A DNA stretch of 64,000 nucleotides. Source: Treponemataceae bacterium (GTDB lineage: Bacteria; Spirochaetota; Spirochaetia; Treponematales; Treponemataceae). Shown in pieces: positions 42,569-52,720 of this stretch. Below the pieces are notes generated by a model that worked only from the letters and a program-made list of their open reading frames with translations, searched no databases and was not told the origin of the DNA. Every line of letters starts with the position of its first letter. Positions within the stretch are counted from its first letter, which is position 1. The position numbers and the translations under genes are program-made. The stretch covers positions 26,437-90,436 of the forward strand of contig JAZLJW010000047.1 of assembly GCA_045597345.1 (NCBI GenBank), given 5' to 3'.

Positions 42569-44329
42569 ATGGAAGAACTATTTCTTGAAAAAACAAACTT
42601 CGAAAATTACGAAGATTTCTTTCAGAACTATAAACTGAAAGTCCCTGAAAACTATAACTTTTCATACGATGTCATGGATGTTCTGGCTCAGAAGACTCCT
42701 AACAAGCGTGCCATTGTATGGACCAACGACGAAGGTGTATTTCACGAGTTTTCGTATGCAGAAATCAAACGCCGTACTGATGTTTGTGCTGCATTCTTTG
42801 CAGAACAGGGCATCGGTAAAGGTGATATGGTAATGCTGATTCTGCAGCGCCGCTACGAATTCTGGATTTCAATTCTGGCTCTGCACAAACTGGGTGCCTG
42901 TGTCATTCCTGCAACCCACATGCTTACCAAAGAAGATATCGTGTACCGTAACAATGCTGCTTCCATCAAAGGTATTGTAGCCGTAAATGCCGGTGATATC
43001 ATTAAACACGTTTCAGATTCACTTCCTGAATCTCCTTCTGTAAAAGTTCTGATTGGTGTTAATCCTCATGGTTTTGATCTTGCCTGCGGTGTAAAACTGA
43101 CCGGTGTGGACGGTACCGTGTATGACACTCCTGCTCTTGAAGCTCCTTGGGTAGACTTTGTAGAAGGCTGCAACAAGGTTATGGAAGATGAACAGAACGG
43201 AAAAGCTCTGGCATTCAAATCTCCTGCCAACAAAAAAGAACGTGCAGAAATCAACAGTAACTCAGATTACATGCTGGCTTACTTTACCAGTGGTACTACC
43301 AGTCATCCAAAACTGGTTGCACATGATTTTACCTATCCACTGGGACACATTGTTACTGCCAAATACTGGCAGCAGGTAAAAAAAGACGGCCTGCATCTTA
43401 CCGTTGCAGATACCGGTTGGGGTAAAGCTGTATGGGGAAAACTCTATGGTCAGCTTACCTGTGAATGTGCCGTATTTGTTTACGACTATCACGCTCGCTT
43501 TAAGCCAATTGATCTTATCAAAAAGATTGAGGAATACAAAATTACCAGTTTCTGTGCTCCGCCAACCATTTACCGCTTCCTTATTCAGGAAGACCTTTCC
43601 GGTTTCAATCTTGAAAGTCTGGAACACTGTTCTACTGCAGGTGAACCACTTTCAGACGAAGTATTCAACCGCTGGAAGGATATTACCGGAATTGAACTGC
43701 GTGAAGGTTTTGGCCAGACAGAAACCACCCTGTCCCTGCTGAACTTCGGAAATGAGAGAGTAAAACCAGGTTCCATCGGAAAGCCTGCACCATATTACAA
43801 TGTAGTGCTGCTCAACGATGAAGGACGCGAGTGTGAGGACGGTGAAGTTGGTGAAATCGCATTCCCGCTGAAGAACGGAAAGTTCCCCGGCCTGTTCTGC
43901 GAATATTACCGCGACCCCGAAAAAACTGCAGATGTTCTTCGTGACGGTTACTACTGGACCGGAGATACTGCTTGGCGTGATGAGGACGGTTTCTTCTGGT
44001 TTACCGGCCGCAGTGACGACGTAATCAAATGCTCTGGTTACCGCATTGGTACTTTTGAGGTAGAAAGTGTTCTCATGCAGCACCCGGCTGTAGTAGAATG
44101 TGCAGTAACCGCAGCTCCTGATCCGGTTCGCGGACAGGTAGTTAAGGCAACAATTGTTCTTGCAAAGGGCTATGAACCAGGTGAGGAACTGGTTAAGGAT
44201 ATTCAGACCTTTGTTAAGACAACTACTGCTCCTTACAAATATCCACGTATCGTTGAATTTGTTGAGGAACTGCCAAAAACCATCAGTGGTAAGATTAAGC
44301 GTCGCGATATCCGCGAGAAAAACAAATAA
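42569..44329 (+). CDS. AMP-forming acyl-CoA synthetase (medium-chain / ACSM-like)
   Basis: 'YFTSGTTSHPK' AMP-binding motif, 'GYRIGTFEVES' and C-terminal 'PKTISGKIKR'. Confidence 0.8.
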   Translation: MEELFLEKTNFENYEDFFQNYKLKVPENYNFSYDVMDVLAQKTPNKRAIVWTNDEGVFHEFSYAEIKRRTDVCAAFFAEQGIGKGDMVMLILQRRYEFWISILALHKLGACVIPATHMLTKEDIVYRNNAASIKGIVAVNAGDIIKHVSDSLPESPSVKVLIGVNPHGFDLACGVKLTGVDGTVYDTPALEAPWVDFVEGCNKVMEDEQNGKALAFKSPANKKERAEINSNSDYMLAYFTSGTTSHPKLVAHDFTYPLGHIVTAKYWQQVKKDGLHLTVADTGWGKAVWGKLYGQLTCECAVFVYDYHARFKPIDLIKKIEEYKITSFCAPPTIYRFLIQEDLSGFNLESLEHCSTAGEPLSDEVFNRWKDITGIELREGFGQTETTLSLLNFGNERVKPGSIGKPAPYYNVVLLNDEGRECEDGEVGEIAFPLKNGKFPGLFCEYYRDPEKTADVLRDGYYWTGDTAWRDEDGFFWFTGRSDDVIKCSGYRIGTFEVESVLMQHPAVVECAVTAAPDPVRGQVVKATIVLAKGYEPGEELVKDIQTFVKTTTAPYKYPRIVEFVEELPKTISGKIKRRDIREKNK

Positions 44330-44483
44330 TAAGCAGGAACTTGTTCACCGGCTGAAGTTGCGCTGGTGAATGAGGCTCTGGTTATAAAACAAAGTAAAAA
44401 ATGTCCGCAGTTGCGGATAATACTCAAATCCGCAGGAAGTGTATCTGCTACCTGCGGTTTTGGTGTTTATTGGAGGTATTCTT

Positions 44484-45044
44484 ATGAACTCAGAAATGAA
44501 AGCAGTTGCAGACCGCCTTGCTGGCCTGCGTGATATCCTGGATGTATCGGTCGAAAAGGCCGCTCAGGTCTGCAAAGTCTCTGTGGAAGAATATGTCCGC
44601 TATGAATCCGGTGAAGTTGATATTCCGTTAAGTGTACTTTTCTGCATGGCAAAAGAGTACAAAATGGACGTAAACACTCTGATTACCGGTGAAGATGCCC
44701 GTAAAGTTTCTTATGTTGTTACTCCAAAAGGAAAAGGTGCTACGGTAGACCGTCTTTCAGATTATCACTTTGAAAGTCTTGCTTTTGGATTTGCAGACCG
44801 TATGATCGATCCGTTCCTTGTTACCATTAATCCCGGTGACATTGAAACCATTCATACCACAACCCATCCCGGACAGGAATTCAACTACTGTGTTGAAGGT
44901 CATATGAAAGTCCAGATTGGTTCAAGTGAAGTAGAGCTGCGTGCAGGAGATTCGGTGTATTTTGATTCCATGAAACCACATGGACAGAACTGCCTTGACG
45001 GCGCCCCCTGCAAATTTATTACGATTATTATGAATATGAACTGA
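44484..45044 (+). CDS. XRE-family HTH plus cupin-domain transcriptional regulator (paralog)
   Basis: 'LAGLRDILDVSVEKAAQVCKVSVEEYVRYESGEVDIPLSVL' and 'HPGQEFNYCVEGHM...GDSVYFDSMKPHG'. ATG at 44484 after GGAGG. Confidence 0.8.
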   Translation: MNSEMKAVADRLAGLRDILDVSVEKAAQVCKVSVEEYVRYESGEVDIPLSVLFCMAKEYKMDVNTLITGEDARKVSYVVTPKGKGATVDRLSDYHFESLAFGFADRMIDPFLVTINPGDIETIHTTTHPGQEFNYCVEGHMKVQIGSSEVELRAGDSVYFDSMKPHGQNCLDGAPCKFITIIMNMN

Positions 45045-45056
45045 GGAACTTAAAAA

Positions 45057-46766
45057 ATGGAAGAAAAATTCTTACCTCGTATGGATTTTGAAAACTACGA
45101 GGACTTTTATAAAAACTACAAACTGACTATTCCTGAAAACTTTAACTTTGCCTATGACGTAATGGATGCCATAGCAGCAAAGAAACCGGATGCTCCAGCG
45201 CTGGTATGGACCAATGATGAGGATGATTACATTTCCATTTCATTCGGCAGAATGAAAGAACTGTCTGATGCCGCTGCCAGCTATTACCAGTCGTTAGGCA
45301 TAGGTCACGGGGATTTTGTCATGCTGATTCTGCAGCGCCGCTATGAATTCTGGATCAGCATGATGGCTTTGCACAAGCTTGGTGCCATTGCCATTCCGGC
45401 AAGCCACATGCTGACAAAAGAAGACCTGATTTACCGCAACAACTTTGCAAAGATCAAGGCAATCGTTGCCGTAACAGATTCCAGTGTCATCAAAAATATC
45501 GAAGAAGCACGGCCTGAATCTCCCACTGTTCAGCATTATGTATTCGTAAATGCAACCGGTGTTGATAAGCCGGTAGAAAATCCACCTGCAGGTTGGGATG
45601 ACTTTACTGCAGGCTGTAAATCAGCTCCTGCTTTTGTTGCCCCTCCCCGGGACCAGGTTTCTCACAATGATGACTACATGCTGGGATACTTTACTTCAGG
45701 AACCACCTCACATCCAAAGCTGGCTCTGCATAACTTCCTGTATCCGCTGGGACACATTACCACTGCAAAGTACTGGCAGCATGTTCAGAACGGCGGTCTT
45801 CATCTGACGGTAGCAGATACCGGCTGGGCAAAAACTTCATGGGGACGCCTGTATGGCCAGTGGATCTGCGAAACGGCCCTGTTTGTATACGACTACCACA
45901 GCAAGTTCAAACCTATTGACCTGCTGCACCAGGTAGAAAAACATCACGTAACTACCTTCTGTGCACCACCAACCATCTACCGCTATCTGATTAAAGAAGA
46001 CCTTTCCGGTATCGATCTTTCAAGTCTGACCCACTGTTCTACTGCTGGTGAGCCGCTGGCTGATGAAGTATTCAATAAGTGGCTGGAACTGACCGGACAT
46101 GAAATTCACGAAGGTTTTGGCCAGACAGAAACCACCGTTTGTATCTTTAACTTTGACGGTGAAAAGATTAAACCGGGTAGTGTAGGTAAGCCTTCTCCAT
46201 ACTACGACCTGCACCTGCTTGATGAGAACAACGAAGATGTTGGTATCGCTCAGGTTGGCCAGATTGCCTTTAAGCTTAACAAGGAACTGTTCCCTGAAAC
46301 AGACGGCCGGTTTCCCGGTCTGGTATGCGAATACTACGGTGAACCTGAAAAAACAGCTGTTGCCTTTCACGACGGCTATTACTACACTGGTGATCAGGCA
46401 TGGGTAGACGATGAAGGCTATTACTGGTTCGTTGGCCGCTGTGATGACGTTATCAAATGTTCCGGTTACCGTATCGGTACCTTTGAAGTAGAATCTGTTC
46501 TGCAGCGTCATCCGTCAGTTCTGGAATGTGCGGTAACCGGTGCACCGGATCCTATCCGCGGCCAGGTTGTAAAGGCTACCATCGTTCTGGCAAAGGGCTA
46601 TACCGCCAGCGACGAACTGGTTAAGGAAATTAAGACTTTCGTAAAGACTGAAACCGCTCCGTACAAATATCCCCGTATCGTAGAATTTGTTACGGAACTG
46701 CCTAAGACCATCAGCGGAAAAGTTAAGCGCAATGCTATTCGTGCTGGCGATACCGCAAAAAAATAA
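45057..46766 (+). CDS. AMP-forming acyl-CoA synthetase (paralog)
   Basis: 'YFTSGTTSHPK', 'GYRIGTFEVES', 'PKTISGKVKR'. Collinear with 42569..44329. Confidence 0.8.
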   Translation: MEEKFLPRMDFENYEDFYKNYKLTIPENFNFAYDVMDAIAAKKPDAPALVWTNDEDDYISISFGRMKELSDAAASYYQSLGIGHGDFVMLILQRRYEFWISMMALHKLGAIAIPASHMLTKEDLIYRNNFAKIKAIVAVTDSSVIKNIEEARPESPTVQHYVFVNATGVDKPVENPPAGWDDFTAGCKSAPAFVAPPRDQVSHNDDYMLGYFTSGTTSHPKLALHNFLYPLGHITTAKYWQHVQNGGLHLTVADTGWAKTSWGRLYGQWICETALFVYDYHSKFKPIDLLHQVEKHHVTTFCAPPTIYRYLIKEDLSGIDLSSLTHCSTAGEPLADEVFNKWLELTGHEIHEGFGQTETTVCIFNFDGEKIKPGSVGKPSPYYDLHLLDENNEDVGIAQVGQIAFKLNKELFPETDGRFPGLVCEYYGEPEKTAVAFHDGYYYTGDQAWVDDEGYYWFVGRCDDVIKCSGYRIGTFEVESVLQRHPSVLECAVTGAPDPIRGQVVKATIVLAKGYTASDELVKEIKTFVKTETAPYKYPRIVEFVTELPKTISGKVKRNAIRAGDTAKK

Positions 46767-46820
46767 GTACTTGTTAGGAGTGGGGCTGCGTATGTCGCGG
46801 TCCACTCAAGGAGATATACT

Positions 46821-48053
46821 ATGATCAAGAGAAATCCCGGCTTTGCCGAACTTACCGCCGGCTATCTGTTTCCGGAAGTTGCACGTCGCCGCCGTGAGTA
46901 TCAGGCAGCCCATCCAGATGCAAAAATCATCAGTCTGGGTATCGGTAATACTACCGAACCATTAACACCGGCCATTGATGCTGCCATGGCTGAATATGCC
47001 AAAGGGCTTTCTACCGCTGCCGGTTATTCCGGTTACGGTGAAGAGTGCGGAAATGATGATCTTCGTGCAAAAATTGCAGAAACCTGGTACACCAATGTTT
47101 CTGCTGATGAAGTTTTTGTTTCTGACGGTGCAAAATGTGATATTGCCCGCATTCAGACGCTGTTTGGCAGCGGTGTTCAGGTAGCCGTTCAGGATCCTGC
47201 ATATCCGGTATACGTAGATGGTTCCGTTATTTCCCGCGCTGCCGGTTCTCATAAAGAAAAATACAGCGAAAACGGTTACGGCGGTATTGTGTACATGCCC
47301 TGTACTGCAGAAAACAACTTCTTCCCAGATTTAAGCGTTGTGCCGGATAACAGCCTGATTTATTTCTGTTCTCCAAATAACCCTACCGGCGCTGCTTCTA
47401 CCCGCGAAGAACTGACAAAACTGGTTGCATATGCCAAAGCACACGGCTGTATCATCATTTTTGATGCTGCATACGCCTGCTTTATCCGCGATGAAAAACT
47501 GCCAAAGACCATTTACGAAATTGAAGGTGCCCGTTCCTGCGCTATTGAAATCAACAGCTTCAGTAAGCCTGCCGGATTTACCGGTGTACGTCTTGGCTGG
47601 TCGGTTGTTCCAAAAGATCTGGTATATGAAGACGGCAGTTCAGTAAATGCTGACTACAAGCGCGTTAATACCACACTGTTCAACGGTGCATCAAACATTG
47701 CACAGGCCGGTGGTATGGCAGCCCTTAGTAAAGAAGGCATGAAAGAAATGCGTGGTCTTACCGATTTTTATCTGGAAAACGCCCGCATTATCCGCGATAC
47801 TGTTACTTCTGATCACTTTAAGAAACTTGGAGTAGAAGTATTCGGCGGCGACAATGCTCCCTATGTATGGGTAAAATTCCCCGGACGTAAATCATGGGAT
47901 GTATTCGACGCAATTCTTGATCAGTGCAATGTAGTAACAACGCCAGGTTCGGGATTCGGTCCTGCCGGAGAAAGCTTCATCCGTTTCAGTGCTTTCGGCC
48001 ACCGCGATGCAGTAAAAGAAGCCTGCCAGCGTCTGTTGACTCTGAATGTCTGA
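46821..48053 (+). CDS. dapL: LL-diaminopimelate aminotransferase
   Basis: 'LTAGYLFPEVARRRREY', 'FCSPNNPTG' and 'SFSKPAGFTGVRLGW' (PLP lysine context). 410 aa. Confidence 0.8.
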   Translation: MIKRNPGFAELTAGYLFPEVARRRREYQAAHPDAKIISLGIGNTTEPLTPAIDAAMAEYAKGLSTAAGYSGYGEECGNDDLRAKIAETWYTNVSADEVFVSDGAKCDIARIQTLFGSGVQVAVQDPAYPVYVDGSVISRAAGSHKEKYSENGYGGIVYMPCTAENNFFPDLSVVPDNSLIYFCSPNNPTGAASTREELTKLVAYAKAHGCIIIFDAAYACFIRDEKLPKTIYEIEGARSCAIEINSFSKPAGFTGVRLGWSVVPKDLVYEDGSSVNADYKRVNTTLFNGASNIAQAGGMAALSKEGMKEMRGLTDFYLENARIIRDTVTSDHFKKLGVEVFGGDNAPYVWVKFPGRKSWDVFDAILDQCNVVTTPGSGFGPAGESFIRFSAFGHRDAVKEACQRLLTLNV

Positions 48054-48066
48054 TTTTTAGTGGAAT

Positions 48067-48107
48067 AAAAAAAAAGGTGCACTTCATATGATGTGCACCT
48101 TTTTTTA
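48067..48107. terminator. bidirectional rho-independent terminator
   Basis: AAAAAAAAAGGTGCAC-ttcatatgat-GTGCACCTTTTTTT between convergent genes. Confidence 0.8.
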
Positions 48108-48848
48108 TAGTGAGAACCGCATTCCGCTGGTAATCATCCACGGCCTTGTTCTGGGATTCAATGGCAGGAATGAAGCTGAAGCATAGTATCCCTTTTCCTC
48201 TGTACCAATATCAAATCCAAAACTTACTCCAGCAGAAGGTTCAAATTTTCTGGAATGACGGCTGTCCATACGAATAGTACTGGATAAGCCGAGACAAATC
48301 CTGAATTTTTCATTTTCTGGTGAAATGGCATATGCCTTTATATCGGTTGAGTAATCTGTTCTGGAAAAGGTTTGCGGGTGTATCAACTGCCATTGGAAAC
48401 ATACATCAATTATGGATTCTTCTGTTACAAAGTGCGATTTTGAAGCAACCCGGTACATATATGGCTTTTTTATACTGTCACCGAGTCCGATTGCTCCCAG
48501 AATTCCTGTCTTTGCTTTTCGACCGAGAAAGTTCAAATTTGCCGTAACACCCGGAAATATGAAGCCTTCGTCGGTAAACAGGAAGAAGCCTCCTCCAGTG
48601 GAAAACCATGAAACTGGCGTAAACGCTGCTTGTAATCCGGCCTCGTATTCTCCCTTAATAAAATATTCTACTGATGACTCAAAACTGAGAGTTTTGGTTA
48701 TATCCTGAGAAACAAAGCTTGATACACCAAAGCCCCAACCATTTGATTTCCCGGCATTAAGAGAAATATTGAAGGTTGTTGCAGGCAAAGACGCAGCGAC
48801 AATAAAAAAAGTTACAATGCAGCAGTATGTCTTTTTCAAAATTCTCAT
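48105..48848 (-). CDS. hypothetical secreted protein, beta-barrel-like
   Basis: N-terminal signal-like 'CCIVTFFIVAASLPA'. Alternating hydrophobic pattern rich in G/S/F/Y. Start overlaps the upstream stop (ATGA). Confidence 0.5.
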   Translation of the reverse strand: MRILKKTYCCIVTFFIVAASLPATTFNISLNAGKSNGWGFGVSSFVSQDITKTLSFESSVEYFIKGEYEAGLQAAFTPVSWFSTGGGFFLFTDEGFIFPGVTANLNFLGRKAKTGILGAIGLGDSIKKPYMYRVASKSHFVTEESIIDVCFQWQLIHPQTFSRTDYSTDIKAYAISPENEKFRICLGLSSTIRMDSRHSRKFEPSAGVSFGFDIGTEEKGYYASASFLPLNPRTRPWMITSGMRFSL

Positions 48849-50053
48849 AACAGTGCTTTATACCCAATACTGATGTTAACAAATTCCGTAGGAGTTTTGA
48901 ACATTGAAGGTCTGAATTGAGAAAAAGCGTTAATTTGTCCGTTAAAAAGTGAATATTCAAGGAACGGCGTTAACTGAACATCATAACTTTTAATATCTGA
49001 TGTCAGTGTATGTGCAGAAACAGAGAAATGGGTTCCTGCATGGGCTGCATGGCCCAACAGTAAAAAGTCAGTACTTTTCATCATGATATTGAAACCAATA
49101 GGATTTCGGGTATACATGCAGTTTTCCAACGCCGATTCAGGAAGACAGAATAGCGCAGTTGTGTAAGTAAAGGCATTTGTCTTGAATCGTGGTTCCAGGA
49201 ATATATAGAAATCGGTAAGCTCTGCTTTAAATGCATTTTCTTTTGGTGCCAGCTGAAATCCTGTAGTTCCAAACTGCATGAAAATACTGGTTAGTCCATT
49301 AATTTCAAACAGAGAGGCAATTCCTGTTCTGAGATTAATTTTCCGGAGCATAAGAAGAACATTAGTTCCTGCAGTATCTACTTTTTCAACAGGAAGAATT
49401 ACTCCGACTCCACTATCCAGAGCCCCCCAGTCCCAGGCTAGGGCGTAACGTACATCAAAATTAATTCTTGACTGGTATACAGCTTTTTCTGTTTGTGTTG
49501 CAGCGGTAATCAAATCTTTATCAAATGTTCCATATAAACCGAATGCCATGGAAGCAGGAAGTTTTATTATATAGGAAACACCCACTCCTTCATAATCATA
49601 GATTCCACTCATGGAGTAGTGCAGTTGAGGGGTAAGAAAGGGTGTTGAGAAATTGCGGATTCCGAAATACCTTTTAAGGAAGATATCTGATCCCAGACTT
49701 TCCTGTTTTCCAACAAAACCGGAAAACTGTTGCAGTACACTGTTTCCTAAGAAACGATATGAAAGAGAAAATTCATTAATAGTAAACCGTGCAGAAGTGT
49801 CCTGGAATAATCCTCCGTCAAGGATGTTGTCAGTTTCCATAACAAAATCGCCACGGATAATAAACTTGTTATCTATAGCATATTGTCCGGCAAAAATACC
49901 ACGTGCTTCTATAGATAAGGATTTATTCTGCTGCAGATTGAAATCAGCGGCGGCACCGGCAAAACTACTGAATGAGTTTTCTGCTGCAAGGGCTCCTGTT
50001 ATAAGAGCTGCACCAGTAAACAGTATGCATTTTTTCACGAAAGATCTGATCAT
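48845..50053 (-). CDS. hypothetical secreted protein, beta-barrel-like
   Basis: Signal 'CILFTGAALITGALAAE'. Alternating beta-strand-like sequence throughout. Confidence 0.5.
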   Translation of the reverse strand: MIRSFVKKCILFTGAALITGALAAENSFSSFAGAAADFNLQQNKSLSIEARGIFAGQYAIDNKFIIRGDFVMETDNILDGGLFQDTSARFTINEFSLSYRFLGNSVLQQFSGFVGKQESLGSDIFLKRYFGIRNFSTPFLTPQLHYSMSGIYDYEGVGVSYIIKLPASMAFGLYGTFDKDLITAATQTEKAVYQSRINFDVRYALAWDWGALDSGVGVILPVEKVDTAGTNVLLMLRKINLRTGIASLFEINGLTSIFMQFGTTGFQLAPKENAFKAELTDFYIFLEPRFKTNAFTYTTALFCLPESALENCMYTRNPIGFNIMMKSTDFLLLGHAAHAGTHFSVSAHTLTSDIKSYDVQLTPFLEYSLFNGQINAFSQFRPSMFKTPTEFVNISIGYKALL

Positions 50054-50206
50054 TTGTTTCTCCAGGTACTATTACCCATAACTGTTATCGGCAGTAATAT
50101 GCATTCTCACCACACGGTATACGTAAAAATCCCACAAAATTAGCACAAAACCCTACGGTAAAATATCTTTCTTGACTTCTGATTTCAGTCTGATACACTG
50201 AAAATC

Positions 50207-52696
50207 ATGAGTGACTATCTTGATATTAATAACGAAGAATTGCTGAAAGACTTCTTCTCAGAGGCAGAGCAGCAGGTTGAAAACCTGGAAAGCAACATCC
50301 TCGTTATCGAAAATGACCCATCTAACCACGAGGCTATTGATGAAATCTTCAGAGCAGCACATACGCTGAAAGGCGGTTCTGCGACTGTAGAAATGACTGA
50401 GCTTTCAGGTTTCACACATTGTGTAGAAGATCTCTTGGATGAATTGCGTTCTAATACTATTCCTGTAACAGAACCTGTTGTTGATGCTCTTCTGGAAGGT
50501 ATTGATATCATTAAGGCAATGCTTGAATCCCGCCAGAATGGTTCTGTGTATTCAGAAGATGTAGAACCGGTAAAAACAAGACTGAGAAGCTTTATTCCTG
50601 AAAAAGGTGAAAAGAAAAAGTCTTCATCAGGATCTAAGATGTCTCTTGCTCAGGCACAGGCTATGAGTGCTCCTAAACCAGACCCAGTACCGGCTCCGGC
50701 TGCAGCTCCTGCTGCTCAGGTTCCAGAAGGTGCATCACTGACTGAAGCTGAAATGAATGAACTGAAAGATGCATGCGGTAGTGGAGAAAAACTGTGGAGC
50801 GTAACAGTTACCTTTGATGAATCCAACCCGATGAACAGTGTTGGAGGAATTCAGGTATTCGCTTCATTAAAGAATAAAGGTACTGTTCTTAAAACCGCTC
50901 CTGATTTTGATGCTCTTTATGAAGATGAATTCCAGCCCGTAGTTGTATATTTCATTGCAACAAAATGCGGATCTGATGAACTTGAAGATGCTTCTTTCCT
51001 TGACGATGTCACTCTCTGTACTGATGCTAAATGCCTTGACGGGCAATCATCATATACTGCAGCTCCATCAGTTGCTCCTGTTGCTGCTGCTCCAACCCCT
51101 GCTCCTGCAGCACCTAAACCTGCTCCTGCACCGGTTAAAGCTCCAGAACCAGTTGCAGTAACTCCTGCACCTGTTGCTGCTGCTCCAGCTTCTGCACCGG
51201 AGCCAGCTCCTGCTGCTGAACCAACTCCAGCTGCTCCCGCTGCTGCTTCTGCACCAGCTGAAAAGAAACCGGCGGCTGCTGGTGGGCAGCATAACCAGCA
51301 GGGTAGTGTTCTTCGTGTAGATTCAAGACGTATTGACTCACTGCTCAACCTGGTATCTGAAACAGTAATTACAAAAGCAGCTTTCAATCAGACTTCTTCA
51401 CAGGTAGGAGATTTGCAGTCACAGCTTGCTGCAATTGAAAATACCTATAAAGAAAAGGTTCGTAAGCTGTTCGATACTATTCCACGGTACATTGAGTCGT
51501 CTCAGAATGGTGCAACCATGAAGGATATCAAGACATCGTTGAATGCAGATTTTGGCGATTTGTATAATGTCTTTGATACCTTTGATACTTCATTCAAGAC
51601 AATTGCCGGAAAGTTCCGGTCTTCAACCCAGAACCTGGGTCGTATTGCCGGTGAACTGCAGGAAGGCGTAATGAAAATCCGAATGGTTCCAATCGCTCAG
51701 ATTTTCCAGCGCTTCCCACGTGTAGTCCGTGACTTGAGCCGTGATTTGAACAAAAAGATTAATCTGGTTATTGAAGGTGAAGAGACCGAACTTGACAAGG
51801 CAGTAATTGAAGATCTTCTTGATCCTATCATGCACTGTGTCCGCAACTCACTTGACCATGGTATTGAAACTCCTGATGTTCGTGCTGAAGCCGGCAAGAA
51901 TGAAGAAGGAACCCTGCTTTTGAAAGCAAGCAACGAAGGTAACATGATTGTTATCGATATCGTTGACGATGGTCAGGGTATCAATGTTGAAAAAATCCGT
52001 AAAAAGGCTGTTGACCGTGGTCTGTTGCATCCAAATAAACAGATTACCGATCAGGAAGCTTTCAACCTGATGTTTGAACCTGGATTCTCAACTGCTGATA
52101 AGATTACCAACGTATCAGGACGCGGTGTAGGTCTTGATGTAGTAAAACGTCAGATTGAAAAAATCAACGGTACGGTAGTAGTTACCTCAGAAAGAGGAAT
52201 GGGAAGTAAATTCTCTATCCGCATTCCACTGACCATGGCAATTATCCAAGGTCTTCTGGTACGGGTTGGAAAAGAAGTATACATCATTCCTATTGCTTCG
52301 GTAATCGAATCAGTTCGTGTTCATTCCGATGAAATTGCACGCATTGATAACTACGAAGTACTTAATGTACGTAATGAAGTTATCAGTATTCTTCGCTTAA
52401 GCCGTCTCTTTGGCATAAAGAATACTGTGGAGTCAGAATACAGCTTCATCGTTATTGTTGGTACCGCTGACAAGAAAATCGGTGTAATGGTAGATGCTTT
52501 GATTGGCGAAGAGGATGTTGTAATTAAACCACTTCGTGATCAGTTTACCAATTCACCGGGTATTGCCGGCGCATCAATTCTTGGTGATGGTTCTGTTTCT
52601 CTGATTATTGATGTCAGTCAGTTGCTTGAACTTGGGGTAAAACAGGAACTTGATGCAATCAGTGCTCAAGATTTACTTATTGCCCGTGGAAAATAA
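50207..52696 (+). CDS. cheA: chemotaxis histidine kinase CheA with an extra domain and long Pro/Ala-rich linkers
   Basis: Hpt 'FRAAHTLKGGSA'. HATPase 'HCVRNSLDHG', 'DDGQGI', 'SGRGVGLDVV'. C-terminal CheW-like P5. PA-rich tract at about nt 51060-51290. Confidence 0.9.
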   Translation: MSDYLDINNEELLKDFFSEAEQQVENLESNILVIENDPSNHEAIDEIFRAAHTLKGGSATVEMTELSGFTHCVEDLLDELRSNTIPVTEPVVDALLEGIDIIKAMLESRQNGSVYSEDVEPVKTRLRSFIPEKGEKKKSSSGSKMSLAQAQAMSAPKPDPVPAPAAAPAAQVPEGASLTEAEMNELKDACGSGEKLWSVTVTFDESNPMNSVGGIQVFASLKNKGTVLKTAPDFDALYEDEFQPVVVYFIATKCGSDELEDASFLDDVTLCTDAKCLDGQSSYTAAPSVAPVAAAPTPAPAAPKPAPAPVKAPEPVAVTPAPVAAAPASAPEPAPAAEPTPAAPAAASAPAEKKPAAAGGQHNQQGSVLRVDSRRIDSLLNLVSETVITKAAFNQTSSQVGDLQSQLAAIENTYKEKVRKLFDTIPRYIESSQNGATMKDIKTSLNADFGDLYNVFDTFDTSFKTIAGKFRSSTQNLGRIAGELQEGVMKIRMVPIAQIFQRFPRVVRDLSRDLNKKINLVIEGEETELDKAVIEDLLDPIMHCVRNSLDHGIETPDVRAEAGKNEEGTLLLKASNEGNMIVIDIVDDGQGINVEKIRKKAVDRGLLHPNKQITDQEAFNLMFEPGFSTADKITNVSGRGVGLDVVKRQIEKINGTVVVTSERGMGSKFSIRIPLTMAIIQGLLVRVGKEVYIIPIASVIESVRVHSDEIARIDNYEVLNVRNEVISILRLSRLFGIKNTVESEYSFIVIVGTADKKIGVMVDALIGEEDVVIKPLRDQFTNSPGIAGASILGDGSVSLIIDVSQLLELGVKQELDAISAQDLLIARGK

Positions 52697-52720
52697 GTTG
52701 TACGTAAAAATGGAGAATAA

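Noticed and set aside
50917-51387. Long antisense and alternative-frame ORFs (156, 74, 72 and 68 aa) inside cheA, and a similar one at 53145-53366
   Set aside because: They lie in the Pro/Ala-rich linker DNA, which is GC-rich, repetitive and poor in stop codons. Their translations are low-complexity mirror images of the linker.
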